Shown one piece after another: positions 28,680 through 32,000 of a DNA stretch of 32,000 nt (position 1 is its first letter; every line of letters starts with the position of its first letter). The notes beneath the pieces are model-generated. The model ran no database searches. It was not told where the DNA came from and saw only the letters and a program-made list of their open reading frames with translations. Position numbers and translations under genes: made by a program. The DNA is taken from the sequence record CM123846.1. One strand, 5' to 3'.

Positions 28680-29162
28680 TTAAAATAAGCCTAATGTTAA
28701 AGAAATATCAATAGGTAATGCTGCTCCAATTCCTAACCAAATTGCAGCAACTGTTCCAACTAAGAATACAGTCATTGCAACTGGACGACGGAATGGGTTT
28801 TGAAATTTATTAATACTTTCAATGAAAGGCACTGTAATTAAACCTGCAGGAACTGCTGCCATTAAAAGTACTCCTAATAATTTATTAGGTACTGTACGTA
28901 ATAATTGGAATACTGGAAAGAAATACCATTCTGGTAAAATTTCTAGTGGAGTTGCAAATGGATTTGCAGGTTCACCAATTGCAGCTGGTTCTAACACTGC
29001 TAAACCAATAACACAAGCAAAAGTCCCAAAAATTACAACAGGGAAAATATATAATAAGTCATTTGGCCAAGCGGGTTCACCATAGTAATTGTGACCCATA
29101 CCTTTAGCCAATTTTGCGCGTAATACTGGATCTGAAAGATCAGGTTTTTTTGTAACTGCCAT
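28680..29162 (-). CDS. petD: Cytochrome b6-f complex subunit IV (intronless)
   Basis: 160 aa: [43 protein letters not shown]...[13 protein letters not shown]. Conservation runs the full length. Confidence 0.99.
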   Translation of the reverse strand: MAVTKKPDLSDPVLRAKLAKGMGHNYYGEPAWPNDLLYIFPVVIFGTFACVIGLAVLEPAAIGEPANPFATPLEILPEWYFFPVFQLLRTVPNKLLGVLLMAAVPAGLITVPFIESINKFQNPFRRPVAMTVFLVGTVAAIWLGIGAALPIDISLTLGLF

Positions 29163-29209
29163 AATTTAATCTTTTTTTTTAATTAATTAAAATTGAAATT
29201 AAATTCAAT

Positions 29210-29875
<666 letters not shown>

Positions 29876-29956
29876 TTAAACTGTAAATACTAACGATTTA
29901 CTTTTAAACCACAATTAGGCTGAATATATTTATTCATCGCTAGAATTAAATATATA

Positions 29957-30565
29957 CTATTTATTTTCTGACCATTTTGTATCGACAGCAACTTGATCTA
30001 CTAAACCATAGACTTTTGCTTCTTCGGCTGATAAAAATTGATCACGATCCATATCTCGTGAAATACGGCTTAGAGGTTGACCAGTTCGTTGAGCATAAAT
30101 TTGACCGACTTGTCTTCGAATACGCATTACTTCTTCTGATTCTGCTAAAACTTCTGAAGCTTGACCCTGACTACCACCTTCGGGTTGATGGATCATAATA
30201 CGTGAATAAGGTAATGCAATACGTTTACCAGTATCGCCACCAGCTAAAATAAATGAAGCCATCGACGCTGCTGTTCCGACACAAATAGTTGTAACTGGTG
30301 ATTGAACATAGTTCATTGCATCGTAGACTGCAATTCCACATGTCACAGATCCACCGGGCGAGTTTATATATAAATATAAACCTTTATTCTTATCTTCAGA
30401 GTTTAAATATAGCATGATACCAATAAGTTGGTTTGCTAACTCATCATCTAATTCTTGACATAAAAATAAAACACGTTCACGATAAAGCCTATTATATAAA
30501 TCAACCCACTGAGCTGATGGCTCTCCAGGTAAACGAAAAGGGACTTTCGGGACTCCAATTGGCAT
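29957..30565 (-). CDS. clpP: ATP-dependent Clp protease proteolytic subunit (intronless, no insertion)
   Basis: 202 aa. The Ser (GTAASMASF), His (MIHQPEGG) and Asp (DRDQFLSA) triad contexts are intact. The stop codon is TAG. Confidence 0.97.
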   Translation of the reverse strand: MPIGVPKVPFRLPGEPSAQWVDLYNRLYRERVLFLCQELDDELANQLIGIMLYLNSEDKNKGLYLYINSPGGSVTCGIAVYDAMNYVQSPVTTICVGTAASMASFILAGGDTGKRIALPYSRIMIHQPEGGSQGQASEVLAESEEVMRIRRQVGQIYAQRTGQPLSRISRDMDRDQFLSAEEAKVYGLVDQVAVDTKWSENK

Positions 30566-30748
30566 AAATTTAGTTCTCTATTCATTATCTATATATATAT
30601 ATAGTATATACTATATTAATATAGATAGCAAAAGTAATATTCACTAAATATTAAAAATATTAAATTTTAATATTTAATATATGCTATACTAATCTTAATA
30701 GTAGATTAAAAGAAAGAAAGTAAAAAATTATTAACATTAACAATTGTT

Positions 30749-32000
30749 ATGGGTCTTCCTTGGTATCGTGTTCACACAGTTGTATTAAATGATCCAGGTC
30801 GTTTAATTTCTGTTCACTTAATGCATACAGGACTAGTTTCTGGTTGGGCTGGTTCAATGGCATTTTATGAATTAGCTGTTTTTGATCCTTCTGATCCTGT
30901 ATTAAATCCAATGTGGCGTCAAGGTATGTTTGTATTACCATTTATGACACGTTTAGGTATTACAGAATCATGGGGTGGTTGGACAATTAGTGGTGAAACA
31001 GCTTCAAATCCTGGTTTATGGAGTTATGAAGGTGTTGCTGCAACACACATCATTTTAGCTGGTTTACTTTTTGCTGCGTCAATTTGGCATTGGGTTTATT
31101 GGGATTTAGAATTATTCCGTGATCCACGTACAGGCAATCCGGCATTAGATTTACCAAAAATTTTCGGTATTCACTTATTTTTAAGTGGCCTATTATGTTT
31201 TGGTTTTGGAGCATTTCATGTAACAGGTTTATTTGGACCAGGTATTTGGGTATCTGATCCGTATGGTATTACGGGTAGTGTTCAAGGAGTAGCACCATCT
31301 TGGGATTCTACTGGATTTGATCCTTATAACCCAGGTGGTATTGCAGCACATCATATTGCTGCTGGGATTTTAGGTGTTATTGCAGGTTTATTCCACTTAT
31401 GTGTTCGCCCACCACAACGTTTATATAACGGTTTACGAATGGGTAATATTGAAACTGTACTTTCAAGTAGTATTGCTGCTGTATTCTGGGCTGCATTCGT
31501 TGTAGCAGGTACAATGTGGTATGGGTCAGCTGCAACACCAATTGAATTATTTGGTCCAACTCGTTATCAGTGGGATTTAGGTTTCTTCCAAGAAGAAATT
31601 GAAACACGTGTACAAACAAGTTTAGCTGAAGGTAAATCAGCATCACAAGCATGGGCTGAAATTCCAGAAAAATTAGCTTTTTATGACTATATTGGTAATA
31701 ACCCAGCCAAAGGTGGTTTATTCCGTACTGGTGCTATGAATAGTGGTGATGGTATCGCTGTAGGTTGGCTTGGACATGCAGTTTTTAAAGATAAAAGTGG
31801 TAATGAACTATTTGTTCGTCGTATGCCATCATTCTTTGAGACATTCCCAGTTATTTTATTAGATAAAGATGGTATTGTTCGTGCTGATGTGCCATTCCGT
31901 CGTGCAGAATCAAAATATAGTGTTGAGCAGGTTGGATTATCAGTAACATTCTATGGTGGTGAATTAGATGGAGTAACATTTACTGATCCAGCAACAGTGA
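30749..32000 (+). CDS. psbB: Photosystem II CP47 apoprotein, 5' 417 codons (runs off the window end)
   Basis: Read directly from the ATG at 30749: [72 protein letters not shown]... The frame stays open to position 32000. It is absent from the ORF track because no stop lies within the window. Confidence 0.98.
   Translation, partial: MGLPWYRVHTVVLNDPGRLISVHLMHTGLVSGWAGSMAFYELAVFDPSDPVLNPMWRQGMFVLPFMTRLGITESWGGWTISGETASNPGLWSYEGVAATHIILAGLLFAASIWHWVYWDLELFRDPRTGNPALDLPKIFGIHLFLSGLLCFGFGAFHVTGLFGPGIWVSDPYGITGSVQGVAPSWDSTGFDPYNPGGIAAHHIAAGILGVIAGLFHLCVRPPQRLYNGLRMGNIETVLSSSIAAVFWAAFVVAGTMWYGSAATPIELFGPTRYQWDLGFFQEEIETRVQTSLAEGKSASQAWAEIPEKLAFYDYIGNNPAKGGLFRTGAMNSGDGIAVGWLGHAVFKDKSGNELFVRRMPSFFETFPVILLDKDGIVRADVPFRRAESKYSVEQVGLSVTFYGGELDGVTFTDPATV

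Noticed and set aside
28822-29085. 87-aa plus-strand ORF (G/A/T/K-rich).
   Set aside because: It is antisense to petD. The composition mirrors the hydrophobic petD codons.
29977-30198. 73-aa plus-strand ORF.
   Set aside because: It is antisense to clpP.
30747-31652. Two minus-strand ORFs (64 and 91 aa).
   Set aside because: They are antisense to psbB, which reads openly on the plus strand from 30749 to the window end.

Overview
This window is an AT-rich, densely packed, intron-free stretch of plastid (chloroplast) DNA. The gene content suggests a chlorophyte green alga, but that is inference only: chlB, tilS/ycf62, ycf47, a giant ftsH-like ORF, accD, clpP, length-expanded rpoB/C1/C2, and intronless trnK, trnV, trnG, petB, petD and psaA. 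Gene order from left to right, with strand in brackets, is: 5' end of 16S rRNA (-), rps4 (-), atpE-atpB (-), psaB-psaA (-), chlB (-), psbK-ycf12-psaM (+), trnQ (+), ycf47/secG-like (-), trnF (+), tilS (+), trnK (-), psbZ (-), trnG-trnH (+), psbE-F-L-J (+), ftsH-like 1230-codon ORF (-), accD (-), psaI (-), trnV (-), rpoC2-rpoC1-rpoB (-), trnC (+), petD-petB (-), clpP (-), and psbB (+, running off the window end). Seven small genes are below the ORF-track cutoff and were read directly from the sequence: psbK, ycf12, psaM, psbF, psbL, psbJ and psaI. Most transcription units end in perfect inverted-repeat hairpins. Several tRNA genes and the psbE operon are preceded by bacterial-type -35/-10 boxes. 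I see no CRISPR array, transposase or integrase, defence-type gene cluster, prophage remnant or other accessory island. Every ORF of 60 codons or more is either a standard plastid gene or a spurious antisense or alternate-frame ORF inside one. I therefore do not find convincing evidence of a previously undescribed system. The items most worth a second look are listed here.
- The FtsH-like ORF has an intact AAA module, a destroyed Zn-protease motif and a roughly 480-aa expansion between its two membrane segments.
- tilS is highly diverged and has a degenerate PP-loop.
- Near-consensus promoters sit about 10 nt upstream of mature tRNA 5' ends.
- The 240-bp trnC-petD spacer is unassigned and looks compositionally atypical.
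No database search or numerical computation was possible. All calls rest on reading the sequence and on recalled family motifs.
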